Of a stretch of 64,000 nucleotides of DNA, positions 17,525-27,600 are shown one piece after another. Numbering within the stretch: the stretch's first letter is position 1; every line of letters begins with the position of its first letter. This DNA is from Desulfobacteraceae bacterium (GTDB lineage Bacteria > Desulfobacterota > Desulfobacteria > Desulfobacterales > Desulfococcaceae), in NCBI GenBank assembly GCA_011390755.1, contig JAABRU010000007.1, positions 14,534 to 78,533 on the forward strand, given 5' to 3'. Under the pieces are notes generated by a model that had not been told where the DNA came from, did no database searches, and saw only the letters and a list, made by a program, of their open reading frames with translations. Both the position numbers and the translations under genes were made by a program.

Positions 17525-17990
17525 TGTCAGGCTTATAGCCCTTTCCGCAGTATCATGAAGTTGCGGTGATATGTTTCCCGGTATCCGTGCGCCGGTCATA
17601 TTTCCCCTCATAATAACGTCATGCCTGACCTCACCTTCCCTCCGGCGGGCCGCCCGGATCGCACCGCCTTTCACCGGAACTGTGTTCCGTTAGGACTGCC
17701 GCATGTCCGTCTCCGGTTCGTTCGGTTCTCCCTGCCCTCACCGGATACACTGTTTTGCCCTTCTTTACATTTGTGTCTCTGCTTCCGCAGACGCAGACCC
17801 GGAGGCGGGGGCATCCCCCGGAAGCCGGGAATTTCGCCTTACGACCGGATTTCCTTTTACCTTTTTTTATCCGCAGGGAAACATATGGCTCTCCCGGGTT
17901 CCCGGATTACCCCTTTGAATACATGCCCTGCTCCCGGACCCCGGCGGAGACCGTTCCGCTCACCGTAATGCTGCCCGGTCTGCTGCCTTC
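17525..17990 (-). other. 466-bp insertion of unknown nature inside intron-like copy 2
   Basis: Copy 1 reads ...GACTCTGCTGTC|CGTCCGCTGAATAAC contiguously. In minus sense the insert is G-rich with GNRA loops (CCGGUGAAAGGCGG, GCGGAAAGGG, CGGGAAACA) and has no credible ORF. Confidence 0.5.
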
Positions 17991-18216
17991 CGTCCGCTGA
18001 ATAACACCGGCTTTCGGTCTTATTACAAAACCTTATCCAATGTCCGCGATTATACCCTTTCCGGGGCTCAGTGACACGGCCTGCATTCCCGCTCCGTCCG
18101 GCTTACTTCGGCAGGCTCAGTAACCATCGGACTCCCGTTACCGGGTTTACCTCCGGACGCTGCTGCTGATCTGCCGGTTATACTTTCATCAGGCGGGACT
18201 TTCACCCGCCGGGTAA

Positions 18217-18381
18217 TATACTGATCCAATTTTGGTTTTTCCCGGCATACTTTCTGCTGTCAGTCCGGATTGTGAAAAAATGACCGTTCCGGAATGAAAA
18301 ACTGCTGAAAAAGGTCAGAAAAGTGCTGTTTTCAGGACACAGCAGTTTTTGTTCCCGGAAAAACCAAAATTGGAGTACTAT
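18217..18381. mobile_element. MITE-X, copy 2
   Basis: TATACTGATCCAATTTTGGTTTTTCCCGG ... CCGGAAAAACCAAAATTGGAGTACTATA. Comparison with copy 1 of the host element suggests a TA duplication. Confidence 0.8.
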
Positions 18382-18467
18382 AATAATAAATTTCAGGGCC
18401 TTCGCCCCTTCCCACCATTCCGGATTTATCCTGACGCAAGGAGTGCCGGGTTAGCCAACATTTTGAA

Positions 18468-18857
18468 TTACATTATTCTGTTTTTCGTATTACTTTGAAG
18501 CCATAGAAGAAATTCCTCACGATTTATCTGAGCGGAAGCAAGATTTAAAATTGTCTGTTCCTGTTCATCAACATTTGCTGATATTTCTATTCCATTAAGG
18601 ACAAGAAAAATTTCCATAGCGGCATGTCCGATCCTTTTGTTTCCATCAACAAAAGGATGATTTTGAATGATTGAAAAACAAAGAATTGCGGCTTTTTCAA
18701 TTATTGTAGGATAGAGTCCAGTTTCCCCAAAAAATTGTCTTGGTAAGGCAAGTGCAGATTCAAGTCCACCCTGATTTCGGATTCCATAACTCCCGCCACT
18801 TTCTCTGATAATTCGATCATGAAGATACAATACTTCAGTCAGTTTCAGGTAGCGCAT
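18468..18857 (-). CDS. doc: type II toxin, death-on-curing (Doc/Fic) family
   Basis: Fic motif HPFVDGNKRIGHAA; 129 aa; overlaps the upstream antitoxin gene by 1 nt. Confidence 0.9.
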   Translation of the reverse strand: MRYLKLTEVLYLHDRIIRESGGSYGIRNQGGLESALALPRQFFGETGLYPTIIEKAAILCFSIIQNHPFVDGNKRIGHAAMEIFLVLNGIEISANVDEQEQTILNLASAQINREEFLLWLQSNTKNRIM

Positions 18858-19051
18858 CAGCTTAATCTCTGATATAATTCTTTATTTTTGTTTAGAACAT
18901 AATCTGCTGCTGAAAGAAAGTTTTCATCATGTGTATTAAGGAGATCATTAATAGCAACTTTTATCAGTTGTTTTGGCAGAATACCCAGGTGTTTTGCTTT
19001 TTCCTGTATTTTTTCAAATTGGGATTCTGTAAGTTCAATAGATAATTCCAT
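18857..19051 (-). CDS. putative antitoxin (Phd/RHH-like) of Doc
   Basis: MELSIELTESQFEKIQEKAKHLGILPKQLIKVAINDLL... (64 aa), immediately upstream of and overlapping doc. Confidence 0.65.
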   Translation of the reverse strand: MELSIELTESQFEKIQEKAKHLGILPKQLIKVAINDLLNTHDENFLSAADYVLNKNKELYQRLS

Positions 19052-19172
19052 TATTAAACCTTTATTTATGAGACTCATATTATAAAAAGATAAATGGTTG
19101 ATATAAAATCTATTAATTTGAATTATCAGCAATGTGACAATTTTTGATCAAGTATATCACAGATATTAATAA

Positions 19173-19262
19173 GAGACTATCCGAAAACCTGTTTCCCCAT
19201 GTTCGGAACCCTTGCTTTTACCGGGTTTAAAAATCGGTTTCGGAGGTTTTCGGATAGTCTCT
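19173..19262. repeat. ~88-bp palindromic element, reverse-complement copy of 6922-7010
   Basis: CTATCCGAAAACCTGTTTCCCCATGTTCGGAACCC...CGGAGGTTTTCGGATAG. Confidence 0.8.
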
Positions 19263-19434
19263 AAAATCAACCATATTATAGCTTATTTCACCTATATAAT
19301 CATATAATTTAGATAGTTAATATTGATTTGCCGAACATGGAAACTGATTTGTGGAATTAATAAACATGATAGATATGCGATAATTAAAATTAGATACAAC
19401 TTACAAAATATTATTATAAATTGAGTAAGTTGGC

Positions 19435-21212
19435 ATCGGGGTAGAACAGCCGGTTACCCGACTGTCCCCCCACAGTCCCCCTGCGTGCGGAACTACCCCG
19501 CAAGGTTCCTCAGAGCTACCCGCTTAGGCGTTCCTGCAATGCGTTAAAAATTGAAAACAGTCTCTGTTTCTTCTTTTCTGTGATACGGGGTTTTTCAATA
19601 CGAAAGAATTTCATCAGTTCTTTAAAACCTTCCCAAGTGTGGCTTTTCCGCCGACTTCTTCTATTAACCCATTTAAATAAATATTTTACGGTATGACAGA
19701 AGTAGCATGACAGACTCTTGAAATTTCCTATAACTCCGTAATAATTGTAGTAACCACGAAGTTTTGTTTTAAGTTTTTTGAATAAAACTGTCACTTTAAG
19801 GTGTCTGTGTTTCTTACACCGGTCATCAAGAACATAATGCAGATATATGTTGGCAAGAATCGGAGAAACAATTCCACCTTGCGGTGTTCCGGTTTCCGGA
19901 TTTGTGATCGTGCCGTCTTTTTCAAATATACCTGCTTTCAGCCACTTCCGAATGAGGTTCAGAAATTTCCTGTCATCAATTCGTCTTTTCAGCATTTCCA
20001 GTAGTTTATCATGGTCTATGCTGTCAAAGAAACTCCTGATGTCTGCTTCGGCAATGTAATTGAAATTTCCAAACTGTAATTGTCCGGAAACGTCTTTGAC
20101 CGCATCTTTTGCACCTGTTCCCGGTCTATACCCAAAGCTGCAACCTAAGAAATCAGGTTCGTAAATTGCTTCAGGTATTTTTGACACTGCCGTCTGCAAA
20201 ACCTTGTCTTCAGTGAGTGGAAGTCCGAGAGGTCGTTCTTTTCCCCCGGTCTTCGGTATGAAACGTCTGAGTATCAGTCTCGCCCGGTACGTCCCCTTTA
20301 TAAGACGCTCATGCAAATTTTCAATATTTTCAAAAAGATTTTCACCGTATTGTCTGGTATCTGTTTTATCAATTCCCGGAGGGGCATTCATGTTTAACTG
20401 CTGCCAACTCCGGGCCAGATAATCCGGTGTGAGTTCGTTTATCAGGTTCTGAAACCGGTGTTCTTTACGCAGTGCAGATTTTTCTGCTATTGACCACAGT
20501 GAGGTTTGCATTGTTTTTCCTCCGATTCAACTTTGTCCGGCAATGTTTCCTTTGCGGACTGCGTAATTCTTCTCACCCCTTCCCCATGTGACCGGCGTTA
20601 CCGTCTCTGAGTAGTATGAGTGAGTACGACTCCCTGAAAGTCGTCAGCGATCCTCCTTTTTCCCGTTGGGTACGCTTACCTGATGCCTGTTTCCGTATAA
20701 CCATTCTTTGTTTGTGTTTCTGCTTTAAACAGATTCTCTGACGGGCGGGATTTTCCATATCAGAACCGGGATTTTGCTTTTTTTGCAGGTAACTCCTGAC
20801 CTTTTATTTTAACGAAACAGACGAAGTTCTTCACTTCTTGTCATCAGGAACTGACAGGGTCTCCCAAGTTCTCCAATGTTTCTCTTCATACATGCCACGC
20901 CCTGAGGACACCGACAGACCCTCCGGAATCTCGCATGTTCGATGCTGAAGCAGGTTTCGCAGGGAAACTAACGATTCCTTTGTATTGGCTTCCGTCACGT
21001 TAAAAACGTCGCCGCCTGCATTTATGCTTACAACGGTGCTTGTACCATGCTTCAAGGGGATGCCATCCCCCTGTGACCTGTATGATTCTCTGTGTACACT
21101 TCATGCGGGTCGTTCGACGGTATGTCTGTCCTTCCCAATCACGCAACACTCGGTACGGGTGGCTGGCCAAGCCTTGCCCGACAGGGACTTTCACCCTAAT
21201 ACACCCCGATTA
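19435..21212 (-). mobile_element. group II intron (degenerate), boundaries approximate
   Basis: About 700 nt of structured 5' RNA (GGGUGAAAGUCCC..., many GNRA loops), then the RT/maturase ORF, a DV-like hairpin (19475-19508), and DVI with a GUAA loop (ACAGUCGG-GUAA-CCGGCUGU) and a bulged A 8 nt before ...CCCCGAU (3' end ~19435). The 5' end abuts the MITE at 21220. Confidence 0.6.
19516..20511 (-). pseudogene. group II intron reverse transcriptase/maturase with internal deletion
   Basis: RT motifs 0-4 are present (RFQNLI, GIDKTD, RRFIPKTGGKERPLGLP, SFGYRPG, ADIRSFFDSIDH, GTPQGGIVSPILANIYLH). The sequence then jumps to the maturase X region (LRGYYNYYG). No YADD block is present. Confidence 0.75.
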
Positions 21213-21219
21213 TCAACAT

Positions 21220-21364
21220 TCAGTAGATCGAAAAGTTTCCCCCGGATACGGTTTTACGGCTGTCCCGGAGTACGGAAACTGTATTTCTGCACCGCCGCAT
21301 CTCCCGACTGGCCCATGCAGAAATACAGTTTTTGCACTCCTCCGGAAACTTTTCGATCTACTGA
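21220..21364. mobile_element. palindromic MITE (TCAGTAGATCGAAAAGTTTCC...GGAAACTTTTCGATCTACTGA)
   Basis: The ends are perfect complements. Same family as 16868-17059. Confidence 0.8.
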
Positions 21365-21387
21365 CATTTAAAAAAGGAGAATGTATT

Positions 21388-21831
21388 ATGGCAAAGGTAC
21401 TCCGCACAAAGTGGTACGAAGAAACCGCAAAGACTCTGCAGATTAACGGGAAAAGCCGTCGCACGCAGGAATGTTATGCCCGGGCCGTCCGGATGCTGAT
21501 TGAATACTCCGGCAGGGAACCGGACGAAATTACCGGAGAGGAACTCCGGGATTACTTTCTTTACCGGAGGAATGAGTGCGGTCGGGCACCGGACACCATG
21601 AAAATCTGTTACTGCGGCATCCGTTTCTTTTACGGGCATGTCATCCGCCGGGAGTGGCATATTTTCAGTATCCTGAAATCCCAGAAGGAAAAACGCCTTC
21701 CCTGTGTGCCCGGCCGGGAAGAGGTGTATGATATCCCCAGTCATGTCCGCACATTCCACAATTACACATACCTTACGACAGTATATGCCTGCGGGCTGCG
21801 TCTTCAGGAGGCTCTGTTCCTGCAGGTATCC
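21388..21831 (+). pseudogene. tyrosine recombinase (phage-integrase family) N-terminal fragment
   Basis: MAKVLRTKWYEETAKTLQINGKSRRTQECYARAVRMLIEY... is a SAM-like N-domain. It runs to ...YACGLRLQEALFLQVS, where the catalytic domain begins and then breaks off. AAGGAGA RBS is present. Confidence 0.6.
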
Positions 21832-22608
21832 ATCATTTTTACCGTTCCTGCGGCAGCCGTCACTGCCCGGTCTGTCAGCATCAGAAGGCTTCGGAGTGGA
21901 AGGAACGTCAGTTGGAAAGAACACTTCCCGGTCATCATTTCATGGTGACCTTCACCGTGCCGGAGCAGTTGCGGGATTTCATCCGTCCGCATCAGAAGGC
22001 GGGATACGGGGCCATGTTCACGGCTTCTTCGGACAGTATGAAGAAACTGTCACCGGATGAAAAATACATCGGTGGTGACCGGTCCGGATTTTCGGGTGTG
22101 CTGCACACATGGGGGCGGACCATGCAGTATCACCCGCATGTTCATTATATTGTGCCCGGCGGGGGCCGTCTCTTCCGAAGACGGTCTGCGGCATCCCTCC
22201 CGCACTGATTTTTATCTTCCGGTACGGGCCCTGCCGAAGATTTACAGGGCAAAGTTCCGTGACCTGATGAAAAAAGAGGGACTGTACGATCAGATTCCGG
22301 CGGAAGTATGGGATACTGATTGGAATGTGAATGTGCAGGCCGTGGGAAATGCCGGAAATACAGTGAAATATCTGTCCCGTTATGTTTTTCAGGTCGCGAT
22401 ATCCGATTACCGCATCGTAAAGTGCGGACACGGAAAAGTCACTTTCACATACAGAAAAAAAGGAAGTTCCCGTGACCGGCATATGACTTTGGAAGTCATG
22501 GAATTTATGCGGCGTTTTCTGCAGCATGTGCCGCCTCCGGGGTTCATGAAGGTGCGGTATTACGGTTTTAGGGACCCGGCAAAAAATAAATCCTCTGAAA
22601 TTATCTGA
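21832..22608 (+). pseudogene. IS91-family (Y2/HUH) transposase remnant, truncated and frameshifted
   Basis: FYRSCGSRHCPVCQHQKASEW...GHHFMVTFTVPEQL...VLHTWGRTMQYHPHVHYIVPGGG, followed by a frameshift near 22160 to ...FYLPVRALPKIYRAKF...VKYLSRYVFQVAIS...RYYGF. The C-terminus is cut by the MITE at 22571. Confidence 0.65.
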
Positions 22609-22805
22609 CAGATTTGTTTATTCTCTGTCAGTATACCGAAAAGTTTTCCCCGGATACGGCCTTACGGCTGTCCCGGAGTGCAGAAACTGTATTTCTGCAG
22701 GGTTCCGACTCATGCAAAAATGCAATTTTTGCACTCCTCCGGAAACTTTCCGATCTGCTGTCTGCTGCTGACATGAACCGGGGGAATTATTTTTTTCTGA
22801 GTCCC
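22571..22805. mobile_element. MITE (TIR GGGACYCGG) carrying a nested palindromic MITE (22628-22761)
   Basis: Outside the nested element, the sequence is the reverse complement of 15857-15954. Confidence 0.65.
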
Positions 22806-22844
22806 TTACGCACAGGCACAAAAAAACATCCCTGAAAGAGTATC

Positions 22845-22880
22845 CGGTATTTCTCAGAAAATCTTTCAGGGAAGCAGGTC
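22845..22880. repeat. 36-bp direct repeat, copy 1
   Basis: CGGTATTTCTCAGAAAATCTTTCAGGGAAGCAGGTC is identical to 23225-23260 (380-bp spacing). Confidence 0.85.
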
Positions 22881-23224
22881 GGATTCAGTCCGGAGTTCAG
22901 GAGGCCCGGCCGCCCGGTTATTACGGGGACTGCTTAAAAGAGTCGGGCTGTCCGGACAGAGACCCACCCGTATGGGACACTTCCGGAACCGTAAAAATGA
23001 TCCGGTCCGGTTCCGGAAGCATGAAAAGATATAAAAAAAACGTTCAACCCATAAGGCACTCAGCAAAAAATAACTCCCCCGTTTCATCTGATTAGGGGAC
23101 GGAATGCAAAGTTTCTGTTTATCCGCAGGATATTTCCGGAGGATTTATTTCTTACCGGGGCCCTAAGGATTGAACTGACCTGCTCTTCGCAGAAATCACC
23201 CTTTCACGGTCCTGAGATAAAATT

Positions 23225-23260
23225 CGGTATTTCTCAGAAAATCTTTCAGGGAAGCAGGTC
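23225..23260. repeat. 36-bp direct repeat, copy 2
   Basis: Identical to 22845-22880. Confidence 0.85.
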
Positions 23261-23357
23261 AGTTCCGTAGGTCGGGTTAGCGAAGCGTAACCCGATATCA
23301 GGATGCTTTTCCCGAATACATACACAATTTTAAGGGAATATCAGAAAAAGGAGAACA

Positions 23358-23828
23358 GTGAACCGTAAAGAAAGAGAAATCAGGGATGATGCAGAAATTG
23401 AATCCCTGATACGGGAGGCAAAGGTATGCCGTCTGGGGATGACAGGGGAACAGGGCTACCCTTATGTTGTGCCCCTCTGTTTTGGGTATCAGAACAAAAC
23501 TCTGTATTTTCATTGTGCAGAAAAAGGACTGAAAACGGCGCTGCTGAGAAAAAATCCGAAAGTATGTTTTGAAATGGATATATGTAAAGATGTAAAATAT
23601 TTATCCAGAATATGTGACTGGGGCATGTTTTACAAAAGTATTATCGGTTTCGGGGATGTGGAATTTCTGGAATCCGGGGAAGAAAAAAAGGAAGCTTTGG
23701 ATATACTCGTCCGTCATTACGGGTCGGAACTTATGGATGATGAATTGAATTATCCGGCAGTCATGCTGAAAAACACATTGCTGTTCAAAGTAAACATTCG
23801 GAGCATGACCGGAAAAAAATCAGGATAG
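23358..23828 (+). CDS. pyridoxamine 5'-phosphate oxidase-family (NimA-like) flavoprotein
   Basis: MNRKEREIRDDAEIESLIREAKVCRLGMTGEQGYPYVVPLCFGYQNKTLYFHCAEKG... GTG start with an AAAGGAGA RBS. Confidence 0.7.
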   Translation: MNRKEREIRDDAEIESLIREAKVCRLGMTGEQGYPYVVPLCFGYQNKTLYFHCAEKGLKTALLRKNPKVCFEMDICKDVKYLSRICDWGMFYKSIIGFGDVEFLESGEEKKEALDILVRHYGSELMDDELNYPAVMLKNTLLFKVNIRSMTGKKSG

Positions 23829-24022
23829 GAAGTATTCCTGCTTACATATATGATTAAAATTATGGAAAGCGGCATCGTGCTTTGTCATGGCTAAAATTGC
23901 TAGATTGAAGTGTAACACTTTCAATACCATTATCGGGGTTGAGCATATCAATGATATACAATAACCCCACTGACCATTCATACCAATAAGGATCACCGAT
24001 ACCTGCTGAATTATTCAAGCGG

Positions 24023-24110
24023 GTAGGTCGGGTTAGCGAAGCGTAACCCGACAATAATCAATGATTGGCGGGGGATGTCGGGTTACGGCTTTCAGCCTAA
24101 CCCGACCTAC
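24023..24110. repeat. REP-type palindromes (GTAGGTCGGGTTAGCGAAGCGTAACCCGAC family)
   Basis: Two hairpins form an overall inverted pair. A further copy is at 23264-23294. Confidence 0.75.
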
Positions 24111-24311
24111 GGAACTGATAGTATTTTGAAAATTTTCAACATCCTTATCATCCCACACAGGAGCGTTTAACAACGCCTTTCTGAGTTTATGCTGTTTATC
24201 CTCTTCGGAAATAATAACAACCCTGAATTTTCCTGTCCGACTCCCCATATAATCGTCCGGAATTTTGATTATTCCTTCCTTCATTTCTGTTTCAAATTCG
24301 TAACTTATCAT
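24033..24311 (-). CDS. small hypothetical protein, C-terminus overrun by REP sequence
   Basis: MISYEFETEMKEGIIKIPDDYMGSRTGKFRVVIISEEDKQHKLRKALLNAPVWDDKD... with an AAGGAAG RBS. I recognise no family. Confidence 0.3.
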   Translation of the reverse strand: MISYEFETEMKEGIIKIPDDYMGSRTGKFRVVIISEEDKQHKLRKALLNAPVWDDKDVENFQNTISSVGRVRLKAVTRHPPPIIDYCRVTLR

Positions 24312-24337
24312 AATTCTTCCTTTGCATTCATATCCAT

Positions 24338-24445
24338 AATTGATGAATCGGTAAAAAGTCAGATTCCCAAAAAATGATGTAAATAAAATCAGACTGTTAA
24401 AGTGTATCAAAATCTGATTTTCGGACTTTTTACGAGATCATCATA
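24338..24445. mobile_element. MITE-Z, copy 2
   Basis: AATTGATGAATCGGTAAAAAGTC ... GACTTTTTACGAGATCATCAT. Confidence 0.7.
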
Positions 24446-24618
24446 ATTACACTGGTGTTTCTAAGAATCGCTTATTCTCCCAGCTTCGGTCGTACAGGTT
24501 TATATGAAAATGTTTGCGAAAAACCGGCCTCCGCCTTAATTTTCGCACTCCGGTACGCACGGTTTTCAAAACTGTGCCAGATCATCGCTCATGGCTGCTT
24601 ATTTGCAATCAGTCATTT

Positions 24619-27600
24619 TTACAAAGGAATCGCATTTTCCCTCACCGACACCCCTGTATCCGCATCCCCCTTATCCGTGGTCATTTCGGCTTCCAGGTGG
24701 GCCACAATCCGCTGGTATTTTTTGTTTTTTGGTTCCAGATCCAGGGCATTTTTAAAATCGCACAGCGCGCGGGTCATTTCATTTTTGTTGTACCAGGCCA
24801 GTCCCCGTTTGTAGTAGGTTTTATGGTCTTTGGGATTGGCTTTGAGGGTGACATCGTATTTTTCAATATCCTGCCAGCCCCCCTCCTGTTTTGCATTCAT
24901 GATTTCCCGATAGACAGACTGGAGGTTCCGGATTTCCTCATAGAGTTTTTTGATGACGGCCGACTGCTGGCGGCTGCTTTTGAACATGGGGTCAAGCCAC
25001 GCGTTCATGATGTTCATCTGCCCTGTGATCACCTCCAGGAATCCATCCGGCATACGGCTGACCACTTCCATTTTGGGGGGGAGCAGGGGACCGCTTTCCT
25101 CTTTGGATGCTGCGGAGAGGACGGATTGTAAGGTCTGCATGAGTTTTTCCATCTGTTGCATAGTTTCCTCAGCAAAGCTCACTTTGGTCATCCCGACTTG
25201 TTTCCCTGCCTGTTTCAATGACGCATCCAGCACGCCCCGGATACCCTCCAGTCCGTCGTAAAATGCGGATAACTGCCCGACGACCTGGACAATGGGGTCG
25301 CTGTCATCCATGCCGCGCAGCATCTGATTTTTCCGGAAGGTTTTTTTGATATCCTCCCAGCGTTGGGCTTCGTCTGCGCTCAGCCAGCCCGTGAGTTCCT
25401 TGAATTTGAGCAGATTGGCTTCGGCCCCGGTGGTCAGGGTCTGGGCATCCTGTTCATATTGGGACAGGATCAGGGTTTTCAGTTCCTCCGCGTTCATGAT
25501 GGGCATGATTTTTTCCGCTATGCGGTTCATGTTGCGGTAGGACCCCTGGAGTTTGAAGGCCGGTTCCGTTCGGTATTCGTCGGCCTGGGCTGCGGAATGG
25601 ATATACTGCAGGTTCATTTTGAGGATGATTTCCCGCACGGTAATCATTTTTTCCATTACGGAAACCATTTCGCTGACTTCCTCCGCGGAGAGATTGCCCT
25701 CAAATTCCACCCCCTCCCGGCTGCCGCTTTCCGCAATGCGGATAATTCCGTACACATCCTGCTGACTGCGGCTGGAAAGGCGGTTGAGTACGGCATTGGA
25801 GGTGAGGGAGTTTTCCAGGTAACTCATTTTGAATACATCCCCGGTATCTCCGATAATGTCGCCCAGGTTGTAGGTATCGGCGCGGTTGGCCAGCATGTCC
25901 GGGATTCTGAATTTTTCCCCGCTTTCGGTAAAGGGGTTTCCGGCCATGCAGACCACCACTTTTTTGCCCCGCAGGTCATAGGTGCGGCTTTTGCCTTTAT
26001 ACACACCTTCGATTTTGCGCTGCGCGTCGCAGAGGGAGATGAATTTCTGCAATAATTCCGGGTTGCAGTGCTGAATGTCATCCAGGTAGATCATGACATT
26101 GTCGCCCATTTCCAGGGCCAGATTGAGTTTCAGCACTTCCTCCCGCGCGCTGGCATTGGGGGCCTCGGCCGGGTCCAAAGACGTTACCAGATGACCGATG
26201 GCCGGGCCGTTGATTTTCATGAAGATAATGCCCAGCCGGTTGGCGATATACTCCATCAAAGTGGTTTTGCCGTAACCGGGCGGGGAGATGAGCAGGAGCA
26301 GGCCCATCAGGTCCGTGCGCTTTCCCTCGCCTGCCGTGCCGATCTGCTTGGCCAGATTGTCGCCGATAAGCGGCAGATAGACCTGGTTGATGAGTTTGTT
26401 TCGCACAAAGGAAGAAAGAATCCGGGGCCGGAATTCTTCCAGGCGCAGGTCTTCCCGCATCCGGTCCGTAAGTGTTTTTTTCAGTTCTCCGTAGCGCAGG
26501 AAAAGGGGCAGGGTTTCTTTTTCATATTTGCGGAGTTTTTCCATAAAGCGGATATAGTTCAGCAGGTATTTCCCTTCCTGAAGCAGGGGATGGTCGCCCA
26601 CCAGACCGGAAATCTCTGTAACAACGGAAACCTCAATCACATCCCGTTTCTGCCCGCTGCGGCTGAAGATGAGCACCGCTGCTTCGTCCGTGTAATCCGC
26701 AAGTTCCGGACGGTTCAGCGTGGCGATATAGGCCATTACCCAGTCCCGCACCAGTTCATATTCCCCGGCAGGGACAGTGGAAAGTTTTTCCCTGGCCTCT
26801 TTGAAACGTTCTCCGAAACGGGATGTTTTCAACTGGCGGATCAGTCCCTCCGCGATTTCCCAGGCTTCCCGGCTGATGACAAAGCATTCCTCCCCGCTGA
26901 TCCGGTCGGGCCGTATGAGTTCCTCAAAGAGATAGCGCGCGGATTCCGCAACAGCATCACCGGGGAAAAGCCCTGTTTCCCCGCAGAAGTCGCATAGGAG
27001 GCGATCCAGTTCCGCAATATAGCGATCCTGTTTTTCCTCTCCGGGAAAAAGCTCGTGCATCAGCCCGAATCCGGCCAGTTTGTCGGCCAGTATCTGTTTT
27101 TTCTCTGCAGGTCCTTCCCCCTGAAAATAAATCTGCCAGAAGAGCCGGGCCAGCGCGCGGGAACGGGGATGAAAACGCAGCAGTCCGGCTGCCGTATGGA
27201 TATGCAGGATTTCCCGGAAAATTTTGGCACCGTCATGGTCGTGAATGCCTTTGGAATAGCCTTCACTGTAACGGTGTCCCATGAATTTCTGCACATAGTC
27301 CTTTATTTCCTTATCGGAATAATTCTGAATCTGTTGAACTTCTTCCGCATTCTTTCCTTCCACTTCCTTCAGCATCTGGAAAGCCAGGTATTCGCCCCGG
27401 TAAACCTGCCGGTTTTCCGAAGGCACTTCCATATCCCAGACGGAATCTGTCTGAAGGAACTCCGCATCTTCCAGGGCTTCAAAAAAATTGGTGCCGGTAA
27501 GGTGAAACATCTGCTTCCCGTCCCGCAGGATCACGGTCAGATCCAAAGGCTGCACATTGACAGTGAACTGATGCTTTCCGAAGCGGATGATATTCTGCCC

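Larger units (their letters stand above)
17384..18456 (-). ncRNA. ORF-less group II intron-like structured RNA element, copy 2 (with two insertions)
   Basis: Same 5' boundary (GGCUAACCCGG) and 3' boundary (UUUACCCGGAA) as copy 1. DV-like hairpin at 17423-17455. Interrupted by a 466-bp insertion (17525-17990) and by MITE-X (18217-18381). Starts 12 nt after the doc stop codon. Confidence 0.45.
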
